Shown here in pieces: positions 13,201 to 26,500 of a stretch of DNA of 64,000 bases (position 1 is the first letter of the stretch; each line of letters starts with the position of its first letter). The notes beneath the pieces were generated by a model, which had not been told where the DNA came from, ran no database searches, and was given only the letters and a program-made list of their open reading frames with translations. Position numbers and translations under genes: made by a program. Origin of the DNA: Paraspadella gotoi (lineage: Eukaryota; Animalia; Chaetognatha); NCBI GenBank assembly GCA_051294375.1, contig CM119269.1, forward strand, positions 22,369,808 to 22,433,807. The letters are read 5' to 3'.

Positions 13201-16200
13201 TATGGTCGTCCTCACGCTTCCCGCAGAGTAGGTACCGGGTTGGAATTGAACCCGGTACCTAGTGGTCACTCAATTAGCCACCGGGTCACGACCGAAGGTG
13301 CCTTGCTTATAGGCGGGGTGAACTTAGGCAATGCCCGACTACATATCTTTCCTCTATCTGTGTTCTTATTTTTCTAAGTCTATGTCGATCAGCACATTCC
13401 GTATTCTTAAGCCTTTAACTTCCCTTTCATCCAATTCCTTCCTAAAACAATTTTACTGCTTTCCTTTCTACCTCTGTTTATCTGGCAGATTGAACCTGAT
13501 CCACGTTCTGTGCGAGTCCTTCCCCCAGCTGCTCGTCCAGACTGCGGCACTTGTCCTAACTTGGACTGTGGAATCACTCGAGCTGTGTTTGCCCGTCGAA
13601 TATTTTACCGGGCTCCAATGGGACGATTTTCATTCTCCAACAGTTTCAGGTCATCTGTCGGAACTATGGGTTGGGTATTAAACAGTGAGAGACGTAACTT
13701 GCATTATACACTGTGAGCCAAATCCACTGACAATTACAAATAAACCAAATCTGTTTTTTTTTTAAATAGATATAAAAAATGTTTGATGTTTTTTCTGTAT
13801 TTAAATTTTATTTAAATTTATTTTCATTCATAACTTTTTATCAATTATTTTTGCAACGATATCAAAATCGTTAAATTGATGGCTCATTGCAGATTGGCTA
13901 AATCAAATCAAAGCTTCATGATCTGTGCCAAAGTGATGATTCAGATGATGCCTATTCGAATGTGCTGACCATTAGTGCCAAGTTTTTCTGAGAAAAGCTA
14001 AAAAAGGCAGCTGTGGCTAATGGTAAGATATAGTTCCCTTTTAAAAGATAATTAGTTTCAATAAAATACCCCGACCAATACAGCACAACATCACCTGCTC
14101 AATTTTCTGTTACAAAAAGAATCAGGTCAAGCAGAGGTGAGTAACGTGGTTGTTCTGAAGTTTCCACAGGTTTATGTGTTATATGTTATGGTAAAATTCT
14201 CCGTCAGCGGATTTGGCTCATGGGGTATTTTTTCTTTTTATTGTTAAATCTTTAATATTTACACGATTCAATAACAAGGTTGACATTAATCAGGTAGGTT
14301 TATAATGTTTACTATTAGAGTACTATCAATAGATGACAAGGTTAACGGCGGACAATAATAATAAAGGCAGAAAATACAATTATACAAGTATGTATATTTT
14401 AAGTAGTTTATTTTTTTCAGCCTGTGACTCAAGCACAAGCTGCAGCAAAAAAACTTTTCTTTAGTGTTCTTAACTCTGGCTCTGGAACAAAAATTCTTCT
14501 ATTTTACTTTTATATAGGAGTGGTGTTTGATTTGGTGAATGGAAGTTTGGTTCGAACAAAAACAAACTGCAGTTGCTCAAGAAATGTTCGTGAAACTTAT
14601 TACGACGAAAGACTAAAAAAATGCCATTGGCCTATCGACCTACATGCGCTCCTTTTTTCTTTGGCTGTTTCGACATTTTGTATCGCGAAAGTAGCCATGG
14701 ATTTTAGAAATGTGGCTATTTATAAAAATGTTATTAAAGACAAAGAAAGTACCGCATGCACAACTTGGACCAAACTCGCTGAAATATCATACCAAATAAG
14801 CAAACCAGTGGGACTTCTTCAAGGCGTTGTCGGCGTTACTGTTTGTCTCATCATAATCTATGATAAAACAATAAATTTTTGCGTTTTTTTTGTTTTTTTT
14901 ACTCCTGTCATCATTTTGAAAACTTTAGATCCTTCAGAATTGCTTCGGGTGGTTCAGCGTCTTTTCTTTCCATTACAACCGTTCTTTATTTCTATTTATA
15001 AACCAAAAGTTTTTTGTTTCCAGTTTTGCCTCAATTTATTCTTTTTTTCATTTTTTTCTAATATTGATCAACACAAGAAGCTTCCCTACAGTTTTCAAAA
15101 CTATAAAGGTCAGCAAAACGTTTGGGGTTTAGGAATTTTAAAAAGGGATGTTTCACCCAAAATGAAATTGTATTTTAGGGAGGAGGTTGTGAATGAAAAG
15201 CATATTTTGGAGTTGGACAAAAAACTTAAATTAAATTTTACAGCTTGGGTTGATCAATTTTTCAAGTTTGACCAGGTTGTCTGCATAGAACGATTAGGAA
15301 TAAGGAATAGAATGTGGGATAAGCTTAAATTTTCAGAACATATTCAAGAGGATAATTGTCAAAATGTTACTGACTTAGTTTCAAAACTTTCAATACCTTA
15401 TTATTTTATACTTAATCGTGGGAACTACTTTTTTTTAAATCCAAATTATGACCAGATATTGATAATGCTTCTCGTGGATTATTTGTTGGTATTTCTTTAT
15501 AATTTTTTTTTCTTGTTCGGCACTAAGACTATTAAAAAATATACATTAATTTTAGTTTTATTATTAATTAGTTCTATTCTGTTATATGTAAATGCATATT
15601 GGTATTCTTATCATAAAAGCATGGTCAATTTCATACAAAATATTAATTTGGTTCATGAATCTCCAAAATTTCAACAATTAATTAAAAGCAAGATTCTAGA
15701 ATCGCAATATAAATTGTTTAAGTCGGAAAGTTTGATCTCAAAACAGTTTATCATGTATGGCTCTATTGTGTTTTGCCTTCGTATTAATAATATTTTATTA
15801 AGATTATTTAAGCCTAATAAGATACTTTTCCTGAGTATCAGCTGTATTATGTGTGGTTTACCCGTTGCAGTCTATATCTTAAACATATTTTGGCAAAGAA
15901 TGTTACAATCATAATTATTTAATACGCTTTTTCATTATTGCAACTCAACAAATTCGGAAAATATATCCAAATCCTTTTTTTATAAAATTTCGTTATTCAT
16001 ATCATTGAAAGAAAATACTTTTTTTGGAGTGGGCTTATTTTTTTTTCCAACATTAAGCTTTATTGCGAGTTTTGCTAAGAAAAATTTTTTTGTTTCTAAT
16101 CAATTAATTTTCAAAACATTTCTTTTGATGATTGGTTTTTTTGTCTATATCGTTTTATTTTTGCTCGTTGGTTATCCAGCTACACCAAATGTTCGACGCA

Positions 16201-19200
16201 TAACTGAGAAACAGGATTTATTTATTTATTTTTCTGATTTAGACAACCGGATTCTCCATGATTCGTTACTACCCTCTTTCAACCATTATTCAGTTATTCA
16301 TCAAAACATGTTAACTTTTAAATTAATCATAATAGATTGCAAAAAAGTTGAAAAAGACCTTAAAGAATACTTTAAGGACAATAGGTTGTTAAGAGAAATG
16401 TATGAAGAATCCAAACGAATATCAAGAGAGAAATTGCAAAGAATAAATAGCAATTTTGAAAGTATTTTTGACAATTTTATAATTCATGTAGAAGAAGACA
16501 TACAAAAACATCAGTTGAATTTATTGAACCTACTTCTTTTGTTTTTTCCAACTGTATTGTTTTTTACTTGTTACATATAAATAGTCCTTGTTTTAAAATT
16601 GTTTTAAAATCATTCTAATTGAATAATTTTTATTAAAGAAAACATTTTTTAATTACACATTTATTTAATAAAACAACCTGAACCAACCTTCTAAAAATAA
16701 ACCCAAAAAATATAAATCATTTTTAAGACTGAACACATATATTATATTTTTTAAGTATATTTCACCAACGATTTCCTTCTCATATTTTAACGATGATACT
16801 AAATAAGTTCAAATTTATATGCAACACTTCTAAAAATTGGTAAACTTTACAATAGAAGCGACCGGCACTTATCTCTTATGTTTTTTAATGCTTTTTTACT
16901 TTAGGCAATCACTTCATATTCTCTTCCAAACCATCGGTTGTTACTTCACCATGAAGTTAGCTCCCTCGCGAATACAACACGGGTGAGTCAATCCTAAATT
17001 ATTTGTTTTAATATGCTTCTAGGTTAACTTAAAATTATAATCAATATTATTACTTGAAAGTTGAAATATTCAATTTGTTAAAATATCTAATTTCTTAAAA
17101 TATTTAATTTCTAATGGTGACAAGGATGGAACTCTAGTTTTCTGGAAGTATTTGCACAACGCAAGATTTAAAATGCTCTCTGCCTCCTATTTTTAATTTG
17201 AATCTCCAATTTTCACAAACAATTATTTATTAATCTTTGTTATTTATTTAGTTTATTTCTTTTTCACTGTTGTACATTACCAAATGTATTAATTTTTGTC
17301 TCTCTCTCTCTCTCTTTCAGCAAATTTCACATTTACTTACTTTCCTTTCCTTCCCTCACTTTCACCTGTCCTCACATCTCACCACTGTCCTTTACTCAAT
17401 TCTTTGTTGGAAGCTCTCTCTCTCTCTCTCTCTCTCCTTCTTTCTCTCTCTCCAAAGTCAAAGAAAACAACTGAAAAGTTTGTGAATTTCAAACATGTCT
17501 GTCTATTAAAATAAATCGTTGTAACAAATTCAAAAACACTTTGTTTTCTCTAAATAATTTAAAATTATAATGTCATATTTTTAATATCATTTTATCATAA
17601 CCATTTTGCAGTGTGACTTTTGTCTTCGCAATGAGTTACTTATCCGCGATTCATATTCAACGAATGATTTTCAATTCCAGCGGAGATCGAATTGAATTAT
17701 CTGGGTATGTTGTGAGAGGGTATTGAGATTAGGTTGTACCAATAAAAATTATAGTAATGATATAATACTAGTCTTCTATTGCTGTACAGGTCAAATCAAA
17801 ATATATGGCTCAGTTATGGGAATGTACTGAGCTCTAGTTGTGATGTTGTTTTTTTTAAGACATTGACAATAAAATAATCCCAGACATACAGCACTGATAA
17901 TGACATAATAAAACTGACGGTGACTGTAACTAAATAAAAAAATAAGACTCTTACAGCACGGAAAATGACGTAAAAGCATTGACGGTGCTGTGACTCAATA
18001 AAATAATTAATCCCATAAAGGACTTTTGAAGTTTTAATATTAATAATAGTATAAACTTTTATCCATTTATAATGCAACTTTTATAGATACAGAAGAAATT
18101 CTTCTTAAGTAGTAAATATGATTTTATATAAGTATATCTAAGTTTAATTTAAATGTCTTTTGTTTTTCTACTTCTAAACCGTGACTTGATTCAACCAAAA
18201 ATTTACTTTACTACAAGATGCAAATGAGATTTTCGTTTTCTTCAGCCCTTTAATGATCTGCACTCAAAAATTGACGTCGCTGGCGTTCAGCCTCCACGAC
18301 GGCTCCGTCAAGGACCGAGAGACGCTGACGCCGGAGCAGCGCCACCTGGCGGTCGGGCGTCCCGTCGATTTTCTTCGTTTGGCGTCTCTAGTGACGTTTT
18401 TCCCCACGATCCTCGGCGGACCTCACGTGACTTACAACGAGTTCATCGAGTTTATGGAAGGACGAGAAGAAGGAGTTGGCGGGGCAGCGGCGGCAGCGTC
18501 GGCAGCGGCACCTACAGCAGAAGCATCGGCGCCATCTCCGACCCCCAGCGTCCTCCGCAAATTGGCGCTGGCCGGAATCTCTCTCGGCGTCGTCTTCGTT
18601 CTTCCGGCAGCTTTTCCCGTTCATCTCTTGATCAGTGAGTTGTTAACACAGACATACCGACTGACCGACCTCCTCCCAAGTGTCTCATGAAGTTGTTCCG
18701 CAACTAATCAATCGCTGAGCGTCGATTCCACAGTGAATTTCTCCCACTGCTCTTCCCCCTCTCCTTACTTAGACGCGGAATTCTCCTCTCTCACCTTTTT
18801 CTCCAACCTCGCGCTCACCCAACCTTACATGGCGCTGCATCGCGCCCGTTACTACTTCGTCTTTCTCATGACCGACGCCGCTTGCAACGCCGCCGGATTC
18901 GGGCGCCGCTACGACGCCGAAAAGGGGGCGTGGCGATGGGACGGCGCCACCAATATCGACGTCGTTCGGATCGAGGTTTTGGGGGGCGGAATTTGGGGAA
19001 GGTTGGGTGGGGGTTTAGAAAGTGGGGGGTGGGGTAAGAAAAAAACTTTTGAGTCTTTTGAATTAATTCTGTAATGAATAAATGATTAAATTAGTAAAGA
19101 ATGTTAAATCTTATTTATTTTCAGTATCAATTTGGCTGTTCGTCGGATTTACTATCCAAAAAAAGATTAATTATAAAAATTGAAAAACTGCTTGTTTTAC

Positions 19201-21334
19201 TACGTTAAAGTAAATTTGATGAATATAAAATGTTAGATTTCTTTGTTGGACTCAAATTTTTGCGGGATCCCTTGGAAGTATTGTAATTATCATAATCTTT
19301 CCGTAAATATTACTAAAAATTAGCTTTAATAAGCTTAAATGTAATACAACCAGACGGCGCTCAACATGAAAGGCATTACCGACCATTGGAACAAGCGCAC
19401 GGCCGTTTGGCTCCGACGAGTTTGTTACGAACGAACGACGAAATATCGCGTACTAAAGACGTTCGTACTGTCCGCCCTCTGGCACGGGTTCTATCCGGGT
19501 AAGGAAGGCCTTTTGGCACCATTTACCGAAAGGGACCTATTTCGGTTCCTAATCCCTGAACTAAATTTTAATCAACATATTTAATTTTATTTTATTTTTA
19601 AATGTTTTTTTTAAAAAATATATTTTAAATATTTTTTCTAAATTTACATATCTCACTCTAATTTTTTTTTATTACTAAATACTTTAATATTTTTTTAAAT
19701 CCTTTATTTTAAGCTTTAAAAATAATTTAATAATTCTTAATTTTAAACTTTACTCCTTAACACTAATCCTTAACCTTTTTTTTTAAACTTAAACCCAAAT
19801 CTCTGACCTAAATTACTAACATAATCCTTTACCCTTTTCCTTACCCTAATATTTAATCTTTATCTTTAACATTTAACTTAAAATTTAAATTTAATATTAA
19901 ATTTAATTCTAAATTAAAGTTGAAATGATGCAATTTTGGAAAATAAGGCTGACCTTTTTTTAGAGGCTGTTGGTTAATGGCTATATGGTCTAGACATGAA
20001 ACAAATTTAAATATGTGACACTTAGCCATTAAGGGGATACACCAAAGTTAATTTGAATTGCGAGCTTAGTATACTTGTTTCGCCAAATGAGAATAAGCTT
20101 TTAGCCTAGGTAAAATTAATATATTTTTGTTGTTCTGGAATTAGGAGAGCATTGATCTGACCATAAAATACTTTTTGTACTACTATTAGGTTTCTAAAAG
20201 GATCCTCTGTTGAAAAATTAATTAATTTAATTATTAAGAAATGTCAATAGTTAATGTTTAATATTTAGGCTACTACTTGACCTTTCTCCAACTCTCGTTA
20301 CTGGTCCAAGTCTCTCGTCACATTCGGCGTCGGATTCGTCCGTTTTTCGTCCAATCAGCGACGAGAAAATTTCTTTACGACGTCATCACGTGGTTCACTA
20401 CTAATCTTTTTCTCGCTTACGCGATGTTTCCGTTCTCTGTTCTCCATTTTGACAAATCGGTGAGTTATGGAGATGGGATTTGTGTTTCGTTACAATATTG
20501 TAAAGTATGGTGCTTATCCCATGAAGTAGATAGTCTCTATGGTTGACAATAATTACTAATGATATTATATATATATAATGTTATTATTATTATAATACTG
20601 GATAGATTTTTTTTCATTTAATCAAAAAGACAAATAACATACGTTTTGAAATCACAAAAACTGTAAGGATCCGTAAAGATCACATTCACAAATTCCATTA
20701 CGTTTGTCATCGTGGGGCGCGAACTTGTGACCTTACGATTAACACTTGATCAGTTTTCGCTAATTGGGACGCGGTTTTCTGGCTAAACGTGTTACTGCAA
20801 CATTAAATGAGTTTTCAAAGTTACTTCATCTGAAGATTTTCAACTTTTTCCTCTCCCCCTATTCTCCTTCCCTATTCTCCTATTCCCCTATTCTCCTTCC
20901 CTCCCCGTTCCCCTTCCCCCCTCCTTCTCTTCCCCTCCTCTTCCCCCTTGGTCCTCCTCCTCTTCCCCCTCCTCATCTCCTCCTCCTCATTCCCTCCTCC
21001 TCTTCCTCCCTCCTCCTCCTCTCCCCCTCCTCTTCCCCTCCTCCTCCTTTTCTTACCCCCTCCTTCTCTTCAACCCTCTTCCTCTTCCTCCCTCCTCCTC
21101 CCCCTCTTCCTCCTCCTCCTCCTCCTTCAGATCAACTACTACAAATCCCTAAGGTTCGCGCTCCACTTCCCTCTCGGTCTCGTCCTCCTTTCTTCCCTCA
21201 TTCCGTGCCACGAGACGAACAATGTGAAGAACGAAGCGAACGAAAACGAACGATCGGATGAGACGAACAAATTCGGAGAGAAAGAACGATTCCGTGAGAC
21301 GAACGACGCGAACGATAAATCCAAAACAGATTGA
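1281..21334 (+). CDS. MBOAT1/MBOAT2-like (oysgedart-type) lysophospholipid acyltransferase, 5'-partial, multi-exon
   Basis: In-frame GT-AG exons: 1281-1426 (INFVVGLLASLIFAVGFRRW...VRHAISAAVGLSLLTFCFG), 16905-16982, 17612-17704, 18246-18634 (GPLMICTQKLTSLAFSLHDG...FFPTILGGP), 18773-18975 (RYYFVFLMTDAACNAAGFG), 19354-19498 (DHWNKRTAVWLRRVCYER...SALWHGFYPG), 20269-20459 (YYLTF), 21131-21334. The WN and WHG catalytic motifs of MBOATs are present. The start exon was not found. Confidence 0.92.
2644..6881 (+). CDS. XK-related-like multi-pass membrane protein, copy 1 (nested in MBOAT intron)
   Basis: Exons 2644-2846 (MELAAILLVVSIVLNVVDVASDVK...GWILVAIL), 3399-3566, 4542-4702 (LNLIHVFCESFPQLLVQT), 4840-6881; total 2574 nt = 857 aa + stop. 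DVASD and ESxPQLxxQ resemble XK-family motifs. The first donor is apparently GA. There is a probable 5'-UTR intron at about 2501-2559 (gtaagt...ag). Confidence 0.75.
4057..4252. repeat. AT-rich inverted repeat
   Basis: About 4057-4141 (taatcctttcttttggttgtgttataag) is the reverse complement of about 4168-4252 (cttatgacacaactaaaagaaaggatta). Related copies lie near 3890-3975 and 12680. Confidence 0.6.
7161..11270 (+). CDS. XK-related-like multi-pass membrane protein, copy 2 (nested)
   Basis: Exons 7161-7363, 8356-8520, 8881-9041 (LKLIHVLCESFPQLIMQT), 9226-11270; total 2574 nt. Exon phases match copy 1 and the protein is collinear with it. Confidence 0.75.
11960..12470. mobile_element. Foldback/MITE-like long imperfect palindrome in intron 1 of XK-like copy 3
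   Basis: attaggctatatttatatatagtacta (~12028) is the exact reverse complement of tagtactatatataaatatagcctaat (~12379). Further matched arms lie inside and outside these, centred near 12215. Confidence 0.75.
13077..13343 (+). mobile_element. Short TGTGG...CTACA element (solo-LTR-like), family A, 4-bp TSD TATC
   Basis: TG...CA ends, TATC on both flanks, internal hairpin taggtaccgggtt/aacccggtaccta. Homologues at 54072-54292 and 25338-25506 (-). Confidence 0.85.
20840..21128 (+). repeat. C/T low-complexity polypyrimidine tract before the last MBOAT exon
   Basis: About 290 bp of cct/ctc repeats ending at the acceptor AG at 21130. Confidence 0.8.
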
Positions 21335-23537
21335 GATAAACGTTTATTCAATCAATTCGAATTACGTGTAAGAAAACTAGTGGCAATACTTACAAACATT
21401 TTTATCCTAAAAGGTAAAAGTGTTTTTACTTAAATTTCATTACGAGAATAAAATTTTTATTTTTAATTAATTAGATAATGATAATACTAAAATATTTAAA
21501 CGCCATGCGTTAGAGAATTAATTTTGATTAAGAATATATTTACAATACTATATATTTTTATTCATTTAAACGACCTGCATAAAAAAATGATTCATTTAAG
21601 GTAACAAACGTCAAACCTTACTTTAAATAGTAACATTTTTCCTTTCCAATAGTTGAAGCATAAACAAGAACCTTTTAGTGTCACTCGTTTTGAAATAATA
21701 TCCACGGAATGATTTCATTGGTGATATTGTGTAGAAAAATGGTAGCATCTCGTAACGATGATAATGTTATGTGTGTGTTACTGTCATAGCGATAGATAAT
21801 CTTTTAAATTTCCTGAGTTTAAAAATAAACAACTCCCACCGATAATTTACGTAAGTAGCTTTTTATTCATTTGTACTATTACCATGCGTCATGTTTAGTT
21901 TAAACTTCTGTATGAGAGGTTGTGTTAAAATTTTGAATTGTGTCATTGACGGCTTTTTTGTTGATCTCTTTCCATAAAGTTTTTATTTCAGTCAAATTTG
22001 ATTTATATTTCACAAACGTTTGTTCAACTAACGATGTATTTTAAATAAATATTATTGCTTCTATTTTTTAAAGATGGCAGATTCCTTTCTAAAGCGTACA
22101 AACTAAATCAATTTGAATTTATATTTAGAGAGCAAATAGCTTTGGCATAGCGGTCTTATAACGAAATATGAGATCTTGTAAACAAATGCTGTACATTAAG
22201 GCGTAGTGAAAGTTGCAGATAAAAATTTGAAAAGTGGTTCATGAACTGTCTTGTACTAAAGAACATTGATATATTAAAAAAAATTAATATATCAATTTTC
22301 CTATATGCCCATATTTATACAGTTTTGAAAGCAGATTCGAATTCCCCATAAAAAGTTTATAAAAGAAAATATTAGTCTTAATCAAAATTTTTTTCATTAA
22401 GTTAGGTAAAAATTAAAAAAAACTATTTTTTATACTAAAATTAAGTTATCGGTTAACTATAACAGTTTTTTAGGATTTTGAGCCACTTAATGAAATAATT
22501 TTCTAAAAAGAGTTATATTTCCTTCTATCAACTTTTCGTGACTCACGACGTGAGGAATTTGAATCTGCTTTCAAAACTAGGAAAAAACCATGTTAAAATT
22601 TTAACATCTTCTATGGTGAGTACTATGTATAAATATGGGCGTATGCGAAAATTGAAAAATATTTTTTTTAAATTTAAAAATGTTCATGATCTACTTCATT
22701 TTAATATTTTTGCTACGCTTTACTGTACATAGAATTAGTCTTTACTGACATCATTGACATTTGCGAAGGTTTTATCATCTGGAGGAATTGGCGGCAGCAA
22801 CTCGCGATTCAATTGAAGGATTTTTTGGTTTTTTATTGTTTTTTATTATAAATTAATATGTTTTTGTGCTCCCTCAGCCTGAGAAATCAAATACTTTTTA
22901 GTAAAATTACTTAAAATTCTGTATTTTGGTTGAAGAAAAGAACTAGAAGTAAAACAAAACCATTAATTTGTACATTTGATTATAGGTCTGTTAGAAGTTA
23001 ATGCCGCGCAATTTATGAATATTCGGGCTTATTTGTTAAGGTTATTAATTAAGGTTATTAATTAAGGTTATAACATTGACATATCCGAAAATCGACCCGA
23101 CGATAATCTTTTGTTGGCCGAACTTTCCAACCTTTATTCCCGCCGTCGACAATAGAGGACGTTGGTTGCCGCTCGTTCGTCGGACAAAAGACGTCGGCCT
23201 TCTTTTCGTTCTCGATGATGAGCGAAGATGGCGTGGCGGCCAGACGTCGGTCGCTGGCTGAGACCGACAAGACTCAAAACAATCCGAGAGAAACTGAGAT
23301 CTGAATCAGAATCGATAGAGAATCTTATTTTTTTGGTATCGCTCATCTTTGATTCATGATTAGCGGACTTGAATTCAGTTCGCGTTTGTCTGAGATTCAT
23401 CTTCGCTCTTTTTTTTAAAAAAATAATGTAATTCTACGTCGGGGTGTATACTTAATTTAAAATAATTAAAATACTTGGGTTTGCTCAATTAAAAAATAAA
23501 TAATTTTAAAGATACACTCGCAATTCTAAGAAAAGGG

Positions 23538-26500
23538 ATGGAACGACGGAGAAAAATTGAAATTCGTGGCGAAATTATAATTGATTCGGAGGTCGAAGGG
23601 GAAAGAGAGGTCGCGGCGAAGTCGGCGATGGTCGCGGCGAAGTCGGCGATGGTCGCGGCGAAGTCGGCGATGGTCGCGGCGAAATCGAAGAAGACAACGG
23701 CGAAGTCGACGAAGAAGTCGACTATGGCGACGGCGAAGTCAGAGACGGTGAAGGCGAAGTCAACTATGGCGACGACAAAATCCGAAAAAGTTCGGCCGAC
23801 GCTGCACCCAGACTTTTGGAGACCAAAATTATTCGGGAAAGGGTGAGCTTATAATTTTAATATATTTAATAAAATTTAATTAAATTAATGTCATTTATCA
23901 ATTGTCGGATTGATCGAACGAAACCATAGCCTTGTCGAAAGACTGAGACTTAAACTGAACAGATCACAAAATTGCATTTATTCCCTGATTGGCTTTGAAT
24001 GAATAATTGAATGTGAAACAAAATTAACTAAGACGTTTACGGCAATTCTTTAGTCTATAATGCAGAGTAAATTAATGTAATTTTTATTGTATAAAATAGT
24101 AATAAAGCTGAATAAACTTTTCACTTCCCGCGCTTCTTCCAGAGCGGAATCGTTCCCGGATCGGACTGTCGAGTGGAAAGGCGTCAAAGTCCTCGTCCGT
24201 CAGACGGACGAAGTCTTATTCACGCAGGACAAGAGTACGAAAACCTTCGCTTGCTACATGGGCAGGTCGGTCGGTCGGTCTACCGAACAGGATTTTAGCT
24301 ATATTTTTTGACAATTTGACTTTTTATTCTTTTTACAAATGGAAGAAAGGTTTATGTTAATTTTCCGGTTCAATTTGAAATGCATTTATTATAAAATGGG
24401 TAACCGAAGAACTCCTAATATTTTTATAGCGACAATAACTAACTGGAATTTGAAATCAGCTTGCACCTCTTTGTAGCTTCACTAATTAATAATTTATTTT
24501 AAAAAAAAATCGATTAATGAATATTCACTAATCACGAAATTTCTTTGTTTTAAAATCCCTCGCTTCAACACCCCCCCCCCACTGTCTCACCTTATCCTCA
24601 GATGCGTTGGCGCTGAAGCTTTTTCCGACTCTGACGACTTCAGCGATCACGTGACCGATTCTCACGTCAAAAGTGGCGGGAAAGACGGACTCCATTTCCA
24701 GTTTTGGCGTTACAAGTAAAGTCAACCTTGTGGACTTACATATTTTCCAGAATAAAAATGATTTAGAATTAAAAATCGAAATATTTTCAATTTAAAAAAA
24801 AATGGCTTAAAAGACTGTATCATTTTCAGATAATTATCAGTTAATGAAAAATTTTAGATTGGCTCGACAGACTATAATGACTTTTATTTGTTTCCAATTG
24901 TTTGTGTAGACAAAGATGATAGTGATTTCAGATATATAGTGATTCGAATATTTCTAGTTGTAAATCTATGACCTATTAGTATTACAGGGATATTTTGGCC
25001 AAAAATAAATTTATTTATTATCATGGATTCATGCCAGCAGTTTTTTCTTTTAATTTTAGTACTTTAGCATTTAAATTACAATTTTGCGATTTTATTTTTT
25101 TAAATATTTTAACTATGATAGATTGTTTAAAAAGTTGTTCCAATAATCAGGGCAGAGAACCCCCTCGTCTGCGACCGCTGCAATCTCCGCTTCAACGACC
25201 CCGTCAAGATGGACGACCATCTCTGCGACTCGGACATCTTGAGGAACGCTAATCTCGCCGGACGATCCGTGGGGACGGGGGAGGGCACGAGTAAGGAATT
25301 GGGGAGGCGGGAGGAGGAGGATGGGGAAGGCTATGAGTGTAGTCGGGCATTGCAATACGTTCTCCCCGCCTATAAGCGTGACTCCTTCAGTCGTGAACCG
25401 GTGGCTCATTGAGTAAAACCATCAGCTCATGACCATTAGGTACCGGGATCGATCCCAAATGGAACCTACCCTGCGGGAAGCGTGAGGACGGCCGTAAACC
25501 GCCTTGATGAAGACTCGAATCTTAAGACTCGAAAAATGTCCGATTTTAAAAACAATAAAATCATTTGTAACTATTATTAATTATTAACTAATTATTCAAA
25601 AATTTCGTTGTTTGCCTTCTTAGTAAGATGTACTGTATTACAATATTTTATTATCGTTTAGGTTAGTTTATATTATATTATTATTATTTTGCCCCTCAGA
25701 AACTTTCTACGAATGCGAAATTTGCGGATTACGATCGACGACGAAATGCGGAAAGGAAAATCACGTGCGAACTCATTTCTACAAACGAGTTGCATTCGGA
25801 GGTCGGGGATTCTTCCCTCATCCGGGGAGCGAGATCGTAAATAAACTAATTGTTTGTTTTGTTTGTTTTAGAGTCGACCGATGTGTTGAAATGTAAAACC
25901 TGCGGTTTTGTTGGAGAGACCGAGAGCCAATTGTGGATTCATCAAAGTACTCACCGAAAACAAGCTGGCACGAAAAGTAAGTTCAAAGTGATTAGGCTTC
26001 GTTTTTAGTTTTAAGTAGAAATTTCATTCCAATAATTTAACTTTCTATATTTATTTATTTTTTCAGATCTCTATCCGTGCACTCTTTGCGATTTTAGAGC
26101 CAAGTCACAGCCTGGCCTTCATCAACATTTGCAGAAGCGTCACAAGAGAGAGGAATGGAGTAAGCTATTCCTGAAATATCATTAATAATGATTTTAATGA
26201 CATTAATTCCCCGCTTCAACGAAGGTTACGAATATCCGACTCCGCCCGCAAAGAGACAGAAAACGGTAAAGATTTCCGTCGCCGAGAAAATTCGCGCTAC
26301 TTCACGGTTGACGAAATCGGTTGAAATCATCGGTGAATTTAAAAATGTGATCAAATCCGAGGATGAACGTAAAAACTTACCTGTGGAAAAGAAAGAGATC
26401 CCTCGCTTAGGTAAGCCTTTTCATAAATGAATACATTATGGCAACAGCCGGGTTGTCTGTGATGCCCATTGGGGCATCTCACTGTTAGCTTTGGGGGCTT

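Larger units (their letters stand above)
11551..16580 (+). pseudogene. XK-related-like copy 3 with one in-frame TAA (15912-15914)
   Basis: Exons 11551-11753 (or -11804), 12808-12969, 13489-13649 (CESFPQLLVQT), 14518-16580. Homologous sequence (LFN..FHYCNS.N...ISKSFF) continues in the same frame after the stop. Confidence 0.65.

Noticed and set aside
13078-13377. ORF sharing [19 protein letters not shown] with the 54071 ORF
   Set aside because: The similarity comes from the family A repeat, not from a conserved protein.
20764-21261. Proline-rich ORF
   Set aside because: It translates the intronic polypyrimidine tract; the real exon starts at 21131 in another frame.
21800-23400. Minus-strand gene divergent from the zinc-finger gene
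   Set aside because: GC-rich patches exist (22750-22820, 23060-23400), but the frames tried hit stops and no coherent model or family emerged.
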